This document shows, piece by piece, positions 1 to 7,285 of a stretch of 32,000 bases of DNA (its first letter is position 1; the number at the start of each line of letters is the position of its first letter). A model generated the notes under the pieces. It did not search any database and had not been told where the DNA came from. It saw only the letters and a program-made list of their open reading frames with translations. Source of the DNA: Xylanibacter ruminicola 23 (GTDB lineage Bacteria > Bacteroidota > Bacteroidia > Bacteroidales > Bacteroidaceae); NCBI RefSeq assembly GCF_000025925.1, contig NC_014033.1:1200001-1232000 (forward strand). Direction: 5' to 3'. Position numbers and translations under genes: made by a program.

Positions 1-833
1 TTAGAGTTGTTACCACCACGGCGACCGCTGAAGTTACCAGAGTTGCTGCGCTGTGTGTTACCGCTGCTATATACACGGTCGCCACCCATTCTGCTGGCGC
101 GATCTCTCAGGCTGCCCATACGCGAACTGCTGTTGGCAACAGAGTTGCGGTATGAAGGTCGACGACCTGTGCTGCCCTTGATGTCGATAGAACCGGCATT
201 GCCTGTATGACCGTAGTAGTGTGTTCGACCACCGCCGCCACCACCATAGTAATAGGGATAACCCCAGTAGCGATAAGGCGAATACCAGCTGTAGTAGCCG
301 TAGTAGCCATAATATGGCCAACCCCATGTGCTCCAATATGGATCGTACCAGCCGTAGTAGTAAGGATCCCACCAGCTCAGGTAGTATGGATTGTTCCACA
401 TTACGCTGCTATACCATGAACCATAGTACCAGGGATCGTACCAGCCGTAACGACTGTAGTACCAAGGTGAGTGCCAACCCCAAGTGCTTGAACCAGCACG
501 ATAACCAGCCCAGAAAGCAGCATTGCTGCTCACGTCGTAGTCATCAAAGCGAACCATGTTCTTGGTCAGGGCAAAATCCTCAGCCTCTAGCGTGTCGGCA
601 GGATAAACACCCTTTCCATCAGTAAAGTCGATTACATCTAACTTGGTAGTATCACCGTCAATCACCTCGTAGCTGCTCTTGGCTTTTGACTGCGGAGCCA
701 CCACGGGGGCGATATCCTTCACATGCTCTACCTGTGCCTTCTTCTTTGGTACGAAGTAGAGGTCGTCGTCCTGAGCCATCATCGAGAGAGGCATGGCTCC
801 GATCAGCATTGAAATTAGTAACAGTTTCTTCAT
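1..833 (-). CDS. Secreted Trp/Tyr/Gly-rich low-complexity protein; the C-terminal end runs off the left edge of the window
   Basis: Absent from the ORF track because no stop lies in the window. Hand translation of the minus strand from ATG 833..831 gives MKKLLLISMLIGAMPLSMMAQDDDLYFVPKKK (signal-peptide-like). The frame stays open down to position 3. The central part reads ...WGWHSPWYYSRYGWYDPWYYGSWYSSVMWNNPYYLSWWDPYYYGWYDPYWSTWGWPYYGYYGYYSWYSPYRYWGYPYYYGGGGG.... Promoter-like boxes lie just upstream. Confidence 0.6.
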   Translation of the reverse strand, partial: MKKLLLISMLIGAMPLSMMAQDDDLYFVPKKKAQVEHVKDIAPVVAPQSKAKSSYEVIDGDTTKLDVIDFTDGKGVYPADTLEAEDFALTKNMVRFDDYDVSSNAAFWAGYRAGSSTWGWHSPWYYSRYGWYDPWYYGSWYSSVMWNNPYYLSWWDPYYYGWYDPYWSTWGWPYYGYYGYYSWYSPYRYWGYPYYYGGGGGGRTHYYGHTGNAGSIDIKGSTGRRPSYRNSVANSSSRMGSLRDRASRMGGDRVYSSGNTQRSNSGNFSGRRGGNNS

Positions 834-861
834 TTTCTTCTAAGTTTAATGATTCACGTTG

Positions 862-892
862 CAAAAATACAACGAATTTTGGTGCAAAAATA
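862..892 (-). promoter_or_regulatory. Two candidate Bacteroidota -7 boxes (TAnnTTTG) for the Trp/Tyr-rich protein gene
   Basis: Plus-strand CAAAAATA at 862..869 and 885..892 reads TATTTTTG on the minus strand, 29 and 52 nt upstream of ATG 833. Confidence 0.35.
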
Positions 893-926
893 GGGAAAAA
901 CCCTAACTTATGATAGGATTTTCCCT

Positions 927-942
927 AATTTTTGTAATTTTG
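927..942 (+). promoter_or_regulatory. Candidate -7 boxes for prmA
   Basis: TAATTTTG occurs twice back to back (927..934 and 935..942). The second copy is 21 nt upstream of ATG 963. Confidence 0.4.
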
Positions 943-962
943 CCTCAAAAATTAACGATTAT

Positions 963-1805
963 ATGAAGTATTTTGAGGTAGAATTCACCATTTCACCCTA
1001 TTCGGCCGATGCTGCCGACCTGTTTGCATCGCTTGCTGGCGAGGCTGGTTTCGAAACTTTCGAGGAAACCGAAACAGGCTTGAAGGGTTATGTGCAGCAG
1101 TCGCTCTTCGATGAAGATGCACTGCGCGAGTGTATCGAGGATTTCCCTTTCGAGGGTACCTCTATTATATATAATGTACGCGAGGCCGAGGATCGCGACT
1201 GGAATGAGCAATGGGAACAGGAGGGTTTTGAGCCCATCGTGATTGCCGACCAACTGGTGATTCACGACGGTCGCCATCTGCCCGAGGTGGATAGTAAGGT
1301 ACAGATCGAAATCGATGCCAAGCTGGCCTTTGGTACCGGTACCCACGAAACCACACGTATGATTTGTACCCAGCTGCTGAAGTTGGCCAAAGGTCGCGTG
1401 CTGGATTGCGGCACAGGTACGGGTATCCTTTCTATCTGCGCCCTGAAATTGGGTGCAACCGAGGCTGTAGGTTACGATATCGACGAATGGAGCGTAGATA
1501 ATGCCCGCCATAACGCCGTGATTAATCGTGTTGACGATCGATTCACTTCGCTTTTGGGCGACGCTAAAATACTCGAAAATATCGACGAAAAATTCGATAT
1601 TGTGCTGGCTAACATCAACAGAAATATCCTTTTGGCCGACATGCCGATGTTTGTTAGCAAGATGCACGAGGACTCGCTGCTTATCCTAAGTGGCTTCTAC
1701 TCAGACGATTGCGAAATTCTGATAGAAAAAGCCCATTCCATCGGACTAAAGTTGGTATCGAAGACTACCGACCATGATTGGGCTTGCCTAGTACTGAAGC
1801 ATTAA
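963..1805 (+). CDS. prmA: Ribosomal protein L11 methyltransferase
   Basis: 280 aa. PrmA-type layout with an N-terminal domain followed by a class I SAM methyltransferase fold. Glycine-rich SAM motif VLDCGTGTGILSI, acidic GYDIDEW, then LANINRNIL. ATG start. Confidence 0.88.
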   Translation: MKYFEVEFTISPYSADAADLFASLAGEAGFETFEETETGLKGYVQQSLFDEDALRECIEDFPFEGTSIIYNVREAEDRDWNEQWEQEGFEPIVIADQLVIHDGRHLPEVDSKVQIEIDAKLAFGTGTHETTRMICTQLLKLAKGRVLDCGTGTGILSICALKLGATEAVGYDIDEWSVDNARHNAVINRVDDRFTSLLGDAKILENIDEKFDIVLANINRNILLADMPMFVSKMHEDSLLILSGFYSDDCEILIEKAHSIGLKLVSKTTDHDWACLVLKH

Positions 1806-1931
1806 TATGCAGATAATATAAATATTGTTAAGAATACACCGAAACATTTGGTGATTACATTTTTAATCAGTACCTTTGCACTCGATTTTAATGGTTAAGG
1901 TTTATGGTTGATTAATTTAGTTTTTTAACGA

Positions 1932-1968
1932 AAGAGGCTAGCAGTGAATGCTCGCCTCTTTTTGTTTT
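1932..1968 (+). terminator. Rho-independent terminator after prmA (or 3' end of a short transcript)
   Basis: Hairpin AAGAGGCTAGCAG-TGAA-TGCTCGCCTCTT with one mismatch, followed by TTTTGTTTT. Confidence 0.6.
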
Positions 1969-2021
1969 ATAAAAAATCGCAGAAAAACGCATTTTCGTTT
2001 GGCGGTTAGCAAAATTTGCCT

Positions 2022-2029
2022 TATCTTTG
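2022..2029 (+). promoter_or_regulatory. Candidate -7 box TATCTTTG
   Basis: Exact TAnnTTTG match 56 nt upstream of ATG 2085. Confidence 0.45.
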
Positions 2030-2084
2030 TCGCCGATAATTCATTTATCAACTATTTTGTACAACCAATTAAAACTTTTCAGAA

Positions 2085-2594
2085 ATGAAGAAACTAACAA
2101 TGATGATTGCTGCCCTTGCAATGGCTATGACTATGCAGGCACAAACCAAGTTCCACGACGTTGAAGCTAACGAGGCTAAGGGCGCCGTTAAATCAATCAG
2201 CATGACCGTGATGGGTATGCCACGTAACACCACCTTTACCGAGGACGGTAAGATGCAGCAGGACGGTCTGACCGATGCCAAGTACGACGAGAATGGTTAC
2301 ATTCAGAGCGCCAAGATGAGCATGCAGGGCCAGGAGGCTGAGGTTAAGTTCACCTGGGAGAATGGCAAGCTTGTCAGCCAGACCACAAACGTTATGGGTC
2401 AGGAGATTAAACAGGTCTTAGTTTACGACGAGAACGGACTGGTAAAGGCTCAGAAGATGAACATGATGGGTCAGGATGTTGAGGTACCCCTCACCGACTA
2501 TAAGTTCGACGATAAAGGTAACTGGATTAGCCGCAAAATGAGTATGATGGGACAGGAAATGGAAATGACCCGTACCATTACTTATTACGAGTAA
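2085..2594 (+). CDS. Secreted Met-rich repeat protein, function unknown
   Basis: 169 aa. Signal-peptide-like MKKLTMMIAALAMAMTMQAQ. Five copies of an M-x-M-(M/Q)-G-Q-(E/D) motif (MTVMGMP, MSMQGQEAEV, NVMGQEIKQV, MNMMGQDVEV, MSMMGQEMEM). Has its own promoter box and terminator. Confidence 0.7.
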   Translation: MKKLTMMIAALAMAMTMQAQTKFHDVEANEAKGAVKSISMTVMGMPRNTTFTEDGKMQQDGLTDAKYDENGYIQSAKMSMQGQEAEVKFTWENGKLVSQTTNVMGQEIKQVLVYDENGLVKAQKMNMMGQDVEVPLTDYKFDDKGNWISRKMSMMGQEMEMTRTITYYE

Positions 2595-2620
2595 AACGCA
2601 TAAACATTTAGTTTATATCT

Positions 2621-2657
2621 AAAGGGCTCACTTTTTAATAAGTTGGGCCCTTTTTTT
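2621..2657 (+). terminator. Rho-independent terminator
   Basis: AAAGGGC...GCCCTTT stem with additional inner pairs, followed by a run of T (2651..2657). Confidence 0.55.
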
Positions 2658-2702
2658 AACACTTTACAAGACGCTGTTTTTGGAAGTTTAAAATAAACTT
2701 CG

Positions 2703-2710
2703 TATCTTTG
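2703..2710 (+). promoter_or_regulatory. Candidate -7 box TATCTTTG for carB
   Basis: Exact TAnnTTTG match 44 nt upstream of ATG 2754. Confidence 0.5.
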
Positions 2711-2753
2711 CAAGCGATTTTATGCAATCTTCAAAATAAAAACCAATACGAAT

Positions 2754-5700
2754 ATGAAAAAAGAACTGAAAAAGGTGCTGGTTCTCGGATCAGGTGCCCT
2801 GAAAATCGGACAAGCAGGAGAGTTTGACTATTCAGGCTCTCAGGCCCTAAAGGCACTTCGCGAGGAAGGTATCAAGAGTGTACTCGTAAACCCTAACATC
2901 GCAACCATCCAGACCAGCGAGGGTATTGCAGACAAGGTGTATTTCCAACCGGTAAATACACACTTCGTAACTGAGATTATCAAGAAGGAGCGCCCCGACG
3001 GCATCCTCTTGGCATTTGGTGGACAGACCGCGCTTAACTGCGGTACTGAGCTTTACTTGAACGGAACTCTGAAAGAGTATGGTGTTGAGGTACTTGGTAC
3101 AAGTGTAGAAGCCATTATGAACACCGAAGACCGCGACCTGTTTGTAAAGAAACTGGGCGAGGTTGATCTGAAGGTTCCTGTAAGCCACGCTGTAGAGTCG
3201 ATGGAAGATGCCCTGAAGGCAGCTCACGAGATTGGATTCCCCATCATGATCCGTTCGGCTTATGCACTGGGTGGTCTGGGTTCAGGTATCTGTCCCGATG
3301 AGAAGAAGTTCATTGAGTTGGCCGAGTCGGCCTTTACTTTCGCTCCACAGATTCTGGTTGAAGAGAGTCTGAAGGGCTGGAAAGAAATCGAGTTTGAGTG
3401 CATCCGCGATGCTAACGACCGTTGCTTTACCGTTGCCTCGATGGAGAATTTCGACCCACTGGGTATCCATACTGGCGAATCCATCGTAGTTGCGCCTACT
3501 TGCTCGCTGCGCGAGGAGCAGGTTAAAATGCTGCAGGAAATCACTATTAAGTGTGTAAAGCACCTGGGCATTGTAGGTGAGTGCAATATTCAGTTCGCAT
3601 TCAACGCTGAGACCAACGACTACCGTATCATCGAAATCAACGCGCGCTTGAGCCGTTCTTCGGCTTTGGCATCTAAGGCTACTGGCTATCCCCTCGCCTT
3701 CGTTGCTGCCAAGATTGCACTTGGATATACACTCGATCAAATCGGCGAAATGGGCACTACATCAAGTGCTTATGTAGCACCAAGTCTCGACTATATGATC
3801 TGTAAGATTCCTCGTTGGGACCTGACAAAGTTTGCTGGTGTGAGCCGTCAGATTGGTTCGTCGATGAAATCGGTTGGTGAGATTATGAGTATCGGTCGCA
3901 GCTTCGAGGAGATGATTCAGAAGGGCTTGCGTATGATTGGTCAGGGCATGCACGGTTTCGTGGGCAACGACCACACCAAGTTTGATAACCTCGACGAGGA
4001 GTTGGCTAACCCAACCGACCTGCGTATCTTTGCTATCGCTCAGGCTCTCGAAGAGGGCTACACCATCGAGCGTATCGAGCAGCTTACCAAGATTGACGTT
4101 TGGTTCCTGGAGCGCCTGAAGCATATTGTCGACCTGAAGCACGAGCTGTTGAAGTACAATCAGCTTGAGGAACTGCCCGATGAGCTGCTGCTGGAGGTAA
4201 AACGTTGCGGTTTCAGCGATTTCCAGATTGCCCGCTTCGTGCTCAAGCCACAGGGTGGAAATATGGAGAAGGAGAATCTGGCTGTTCGCAAGTATCGTAA
4301 GCAGCGTGGCGTAGTGCCATCGGTTAAGCGCATCCCAACAGTTGCCTCTGAGCATCCTGAGCTTACCAACTACCTCTACTTCACCTACACCCATGTTCCA
4401 GCATTCGGAAATCCCGAGGGTGAGAAATATGTAGCTGCACACGACATTAATTATTATAATAATGAGAAATCGGTGGTAGTACTCGGTTCGGGTGCTTACC
4501 GTATCGGTTCGTCGGTTGAGTTCGACTGGTGTTCGGTTAACGCCATCAACACCGCTCGCAAGCTGGGTTACAAATCTATCATGATTAACTACAACCCTGA
4601 GACCGTTTCGACCGACTACGACATGTGCGACCGCTTGTATTTCGACGAACTTTCGTTGGAGCGCGTGCTCGATGTGATCGATCTCGAGTCGCCACGTGGT
4701 GTCATCGTTTCAGTAGGTGGTCAGATACCTAATAACCTGGCAATGAAATTGCATAGACAGGGAGTTCCCGTGCTTGGAACCTCGCCTGTTGACATCGACC
4801 GCGCTGAGAACCGCGACAAGTTCTCGGCCATGCTCGACAAGCTTGGAATCGATCAGCCAGCATGGCAGGCACTCACCAGTTTCGACGATGTGAAGGATTT
4901 TGTGGCCAAGGTGGGTTACCCCGTTCTGGTTCGTCCTTCGTACGTTCTTTCGGGTGCCGCCATGAACGTTTGTTACGACGAAGCAGAGCTGCTACGCTTC
5001 CTGAATATGGCTACCGAGGTATCAAAAGAGTTCCCTGTAGTAGTATCTAAGTTCATGACAGAGACTAAGGAGATAGAATTCGACGCTGTAGCCGACAAGG
5101 GCGAGGTAATCGAGTACGCTATCTCTGAACATGTGGAGTATGCAGGTGTTCACTCGGGCGACGCCACGATGGTTTTCCCCGCTCAGAACATCTATTTCTC
5201 TACCATCCGTCAGATAAAGAAAATTGCACACAAGATTGCAGCCGAATTGAACATCTCTGGACCGTTCAACATACAGTTCCTCGCCAAGAACCGCGAGGTT
5301 AAGGTTATTGAGTGTAACCTGCGTGCCAGCCGTTCATTCCCATTTGTGTCAAAGATTTTAAAACGTAATTTTATCGAAACAGCTACCAAAATCATGCTCG
5401 ACGCACCTTATCAGAAGCCTGACAAGAGTGAGTTCGACATCGACCGCATTGGTGTGAAGGCCAGTCAGTTCTCGTTTGCCCGTTTGCAGAATGCCGACCC
5501 AGTTCTGGGTGTCGACATGAGCTCAACTGGTGAGGTTGGTTGCTTGGGCGACGACCTGAACGAGGCCCTGCTCAACTCGCTCATCGCAACCGGTTACTCT
5601 ATTCCTAAGGATGCCGTTCTGATTTCTTCTGGTGGCGCCAAGGGTAAGGTAAGCTTGCTGGAGCCAGCACAGCAGTTGGCCAAGAAGGGTTACACCATCT

Positions 5701-6038
5701 ACGCCACCGCTGGAACCGCTAAGTTCTTTAACGATAACGGTGTAAAGGCTGTAGCTGTAGCATGGCCCGATGAAGAATGTTCAATGGTCAATGGTCAATG
5801 TTCAATGATTAACGTGATGGATCTTATCAGTCAGCACAAGGTTGGTTTGGTTATCAATGTACCAAAGAATCACACCAGTCGCGAGCTTACCAATGGTTAC
5901 AAGATCCGTCGTGGTGCCATCGATCATAACATTCCTTTGATGACTAACGTGCGTTTAGCCAAGGCATTTATCGAGGCCTTTACCGCTATGAGCATCGATG
6001 ATGTGAAGATCAAATCATGGCAGGAGTATAATAATTGA
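2754..6038 (+). CDS. carB: Carbamoyl-phosphate synthase large subunit
   Basis: 1094 aa. The two homologous ATP-grasp halves are marked by KKVLVLGSGALKIGQAGEFDYSGSQA and KSVVVLGSGAYRIGSSVEFDWCSV. The oligomerisation domain lies between them and an MGS-like C-terminal domain follows. Contains an in-frame heptamer-repeat segment at 5777..5811. Confidence 0.97.
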   Translation: MKKELKKVLVLGSGALKIGQAGEFDYSGSQALKALREEGIKSVLVNPNIATIQTSEGIADKVYFQPVNTHFVTEIIKKERPDGILLAFGGQTALNCGTELYLNGTLKEYGVEVLGTSVEAIMNTEDRDLFVKKLGEVDLKVPVSHAVESMEDALKAAHEIGFPIMIRSAYALGGLGSGICPDEKKFIELAESAFTFAPQILVEESLKGWKEIEFECIRDANDRCFTVASMENFDPLGIHTGESIVVAPTCSLREEQVKMLQEITIKCVKHLGIVGECNIQFAFNAETNDYRIIEINARLSRSSALASKATGYPLAFVAAKIALGYTLDQIGEMGTTSSAYVAPSLDYMICKIPRWDLTKFAGVSRQIGSSMKSVGEIMSIGRSFEEMIQKGLRMIGQGMHGFVGNDHTKFDNLDEELANPTDLRIFAIAQALEEGYTIERIEQLTKIDVWFLERLKHIVDLKHELLKYNQLEELPDELLLEVKRCGFSDFQIARFVLKPQGGNMEKENLAVRKYRKQRGVVPSVKRIPTVASEHPELTNYLYFTYTHVPAFGNPEGEKYVAAHDINYYNNEKSVVVLGSGAYRIGSSVEFDWCSVNAINTARKLGYKSIMINYNPETVSTDYDMCDRLYFDELSLERVLDVIDLESPRGVIVSVGGQIPNNLAMKLHRQGVPVLGTSPVDIDRAENRDKFSAMLDKLGIDQPAWQALTSFDDVKDFVAKVGYPVLVRPSYVLSGAAMNVCYDEAELLRFLNMATEVSKEFPVVVSKFMTETKEIEFDAVADKGEVIEYAISEHVEYAGVHSGDATMVFPAQNIYFSTIRQIKKIAHKIAAELNISGPFNIQFLAKNREVKVIECNLRASRSFPFVSKILKRNFIETATKIMLDAPYQKPDKSEFDIDRIGVKASQFSFARLQNADPVLGVDMSSTGEVGCLGDDLNEALLNSLIATGYSIPKDAVLISSGGAKGKVSLLEPAQQLAKKGYTIYATAGTAKFFNDNGVKAVAVAWPDEECSMVNGQCSMINVMDLISQHKVGLVINVPKNHTSRELTNGYKIRRGAIDHNIPLMTNVRLAKAFIEAFTAMSIDDVKIKSWQEYNN
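5777..5811 (+). repeat. Heptamer array inside carB (ATGTTCA ATGGTCA ATGGTCA ATGTTCA ATGATTA), ATG-orientation on +
   Basis: Five consecutive 7-nt units read directly from the sequence. They are translated in frame as CSMVNGQCSMIN within the C-terminal domain of CarB. Confidence 0.9.
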
Positions 6039-6054
6039 TTGAACATTGACCATT
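6037..6054 (-). repeat. Heptamer array, TGA-orientation on +, overlapping the carB stop codon
   Basis: GATTGAACATTGACCATT. 6038..6054 is the exact reverse complement of AATGGTCAATGTTCAAT found at 6151..6167 and 6165..6181. The carB TGA (6036..6038) is part of it. Confidence 0.85.
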
Positions 6055-6087
6055 CTTGCCTTGCAAGCCAGCAGAGCTGGAGCGGAC

Positions 6088-6098
6088 GATTGACCATT
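6088..6098 (-). repeat. Isolated one-and-a-half heptamer units (GATTGACCATT)
   Basis: Same unit and same orientation as 6037..6054, lying in the spacer between the two arrays. Confidence 0.5.
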
Positions 6099-6130
6099 AT
6101 TGCTGCGCCTTTAGAGACAGTACAATATAA

Positions 6131-6186
6131 ATGGTCAGTGGTCAATGATAAATGGTCAATGTTCAATGGTCAATGTTCAATGATAA
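6131..6186 (+). repeat. Heptamer array of 8 units, ATG-orientation on +, running into the yigZ start codon
   Basis: ATGGTCA GTGGTCA ATGATAA ATGGTCA ATGTTCA ATGGTCA ATGTTCA ATGATAA. The yigZ ATG (6187) is the first three bases of the next in-register unit (ATGATTG). TGA TAA at 6181..6186 is in the yigZ frame immediately before its ATG. Confidence 0.92.
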
Positions 6187-6771
6187 ATGATTGACGAGTA
6201 TAAAACACTAAAAAGCGGAGGTGAGGGATATTACACTGAAAAGCGTAGCAAGTTCCTCGCCTTCGCTCATCATGTAGAAACCCTTGATGAAATCAAGGAA
6301 TTATTAGCCGGATATCGTAAGAAGTACTACGATGCCCGCCATGTTTGCTATGCGTATATGTTAGGTGCCGAACGATTGGAGTTCCGCGCTAACGACGATG
6401 GCGAACCATCGAGCACAGCCGGCAAACCCATTCTGGGACAGATTAACAGCAACGAGTTAACGGATATCCTGATAGTAGTGGTGCGTTATTATGGTGGTGT
6501 GAACTTAGGTACATCGGGTTTGATTGTGGCCTATCGCGAAGCAGCTGCCGATGCCCTAGCCCACTCCGAGTTTGAAACCCGTCAGGTTGAGGAGATTGTG
6601 ACCTACATTTTCGCCTATCCGCTGATGAATGATGTGATGCGAATTGTGAAAGAGATGCAGCCACGTATTGTTTCGCAAACCTATGATAATACCTGCGAAA
6701 TCAAGCTCAGCATTCGTAAATCGGAAGCCGAACAACTACGCAACCGACTCTCTAAGCTGTCATTCGAATAA
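6187..6771 (+). CDS. yigZ: YigZ / IMPACT-family (UPF0029) protein
   Basis: 194 aa. Family-typical KRSKFLAFAHHV, DARHVCYAY and DDGEPSSTAGKPIL motifs. Confidence 0.85.
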   Translation: MIDEYKTLKSGGEGYYTEKRSKFLAFAHHVETLDEIKELLAGYRKKYYDARHVCYAYMLGAERLEFRANDDGEPSSTAGKPILGQINSNELTDILIVVVRYYGGVNLGTSGLIVAYREAAADALAHSEFETRQVEEIVTYIFAYPLMNDVMRIVKEMQPRIVSQTYDNTCEIKLSIRKSEAEQLRNRLSKLSFE

Positions 6772-6819
6772 AAATCGCATTTTCCGCAAAAAATGTTTGG
6801 TGGTTTCCTAAAAAAGCAT

Positions 6820-6827
6820 TACCTTTG
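6820..6827 (+). promoter_or_regulatory. Candidate -7 box TACCTTTG for tRNA-Ser
   Basis: TACCTTTGCACTCG lies 47 nt upstream of the tRNA. The identical 14-mer also occurs at 1871..1884. Confidence 0.45.
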
Positions 6828-6873
6828 CACTCGCAAATATAAAACGAGTACATCGATTTGCTTAAGCTTGATT

Positions 6874-6961
6874 GGAGAGTTGGCAGAGTGATCGATCGCG
6901 CTGGACTCGAAATCCGGTATACCCCTTTCGGGTATCGGGGGTTTGAATCCCTCACTCTCCG
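6874..6961 (+). tRNA. tRNA-Ser (anticodon CGA), class II with long variable arm
   Basis: Hand-folded structure. Acceptor GGAGAGT/ACTCTCC. Anticodon stem CTGGA/TCCGG with loop CTCGAAA (anticodon CGA). 17-nt variable hairpin ATACCC-CTTTC-GGGTAT. T-arm GGGGG-TTTGAAT-CCCTC. Discriminator G. No encoded CCA. The D-loop lacks GG and the T-loop has T at position 56 (see findings). Confidence 0.85.
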
Positions 6962-6971
6962 CAAAGAAAAG

Positions 6972-7008
6972 AATAAGGCTTCGGAATTTCCGGAGCCTTA
7001 TTTCTTTA
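6972..7008. terminator. Bidirectional hairpin terminator between tRNA-Ser (+) and the TSCPD gene (-)
   Basis: AATAAGGCTTCGG-AATTT-CCGGAGCCTTATT (13-bp stem, one mismatch). A-rich on the left flank and T-rich on the right flank. Confidence 0.65.
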
Positions 7009-7281
7009 TTATCCCTCTAATGGAGCATCTTTGAGTTTCTCAAGTGCCCGGCATAACTGATCGGGGCACGATGTACCTTTGGCACCACAACGAATGCCGT
7101 TAATCTTGGGTATCACATCGTCAATCTTCTGTCCGCGCACCAACTGGCTTATTCCCTGAAGGTTGCCATTGCAACCTCCAAGGAAAAACACCTGCTGTAT
7201 CACGTTGTTCTCATCGGCAGTCACGTCGATCAGTTTCGAACATGTGCCCTGAGTTTCGTACTGTATATGCTTAGTCTTCAT
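7009..7281 (-). CDS. TSCPD-domain small protein (TIGR03905-like)
   Basis: 90 aa. GGCNGNLQGIS and KGTSCPDQL motifs typical of the stand-alone TSCPD family. Confidence 0.8.
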   Translation of the reverse strand: MKTKHIQYETQGTCSKLIDVTADENNVIQQVFFLGGCNGNLQGISQLVRGQKIDDVIPKINGIRCGAKGTSCPDQLCRALEKLKDAPLEG

Positions 7282-7285
7282 CGGC

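Noticed and set aside
1-3. TTA at 1..3 as the stop codon of the leftmost minus-strand gene
   Set aside because: It is out of frame. The reading frame from ATG 833 uses codons at positions 3k..3k+2 and is still open at position 3, so the gene is partial.
993-1667. Long antisense ORFs inside well-supported genes (993..1667 -, 3762..4442 -, 7838..8566 +, 12475..13245 -, 17994..18737 +, 15424..15999 + and similar entries in the track)
   Set aside because: Each lies fully within a longer opposite-strand gene with clear family motifs. Their translations are low-complexity or motif-free, and none has its own promoter box. They are treated as shadow ORFs.
6874-6961. tRNA-Ser as the integration site of the genomic island
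   Set aside because: The compositional boundary is at about 16.97 kb. Ten kilobases of ordinary housekeeping genes separate it from the tRNA, and no repeat of the tRNA 3' end was seen near the boundary.
6752-6964. 70-aa minus-strand ORF
   Set aside because: It overlaps tRNA-Ser(CGA) and its promoter region. The tRNA fold explains the sequence.
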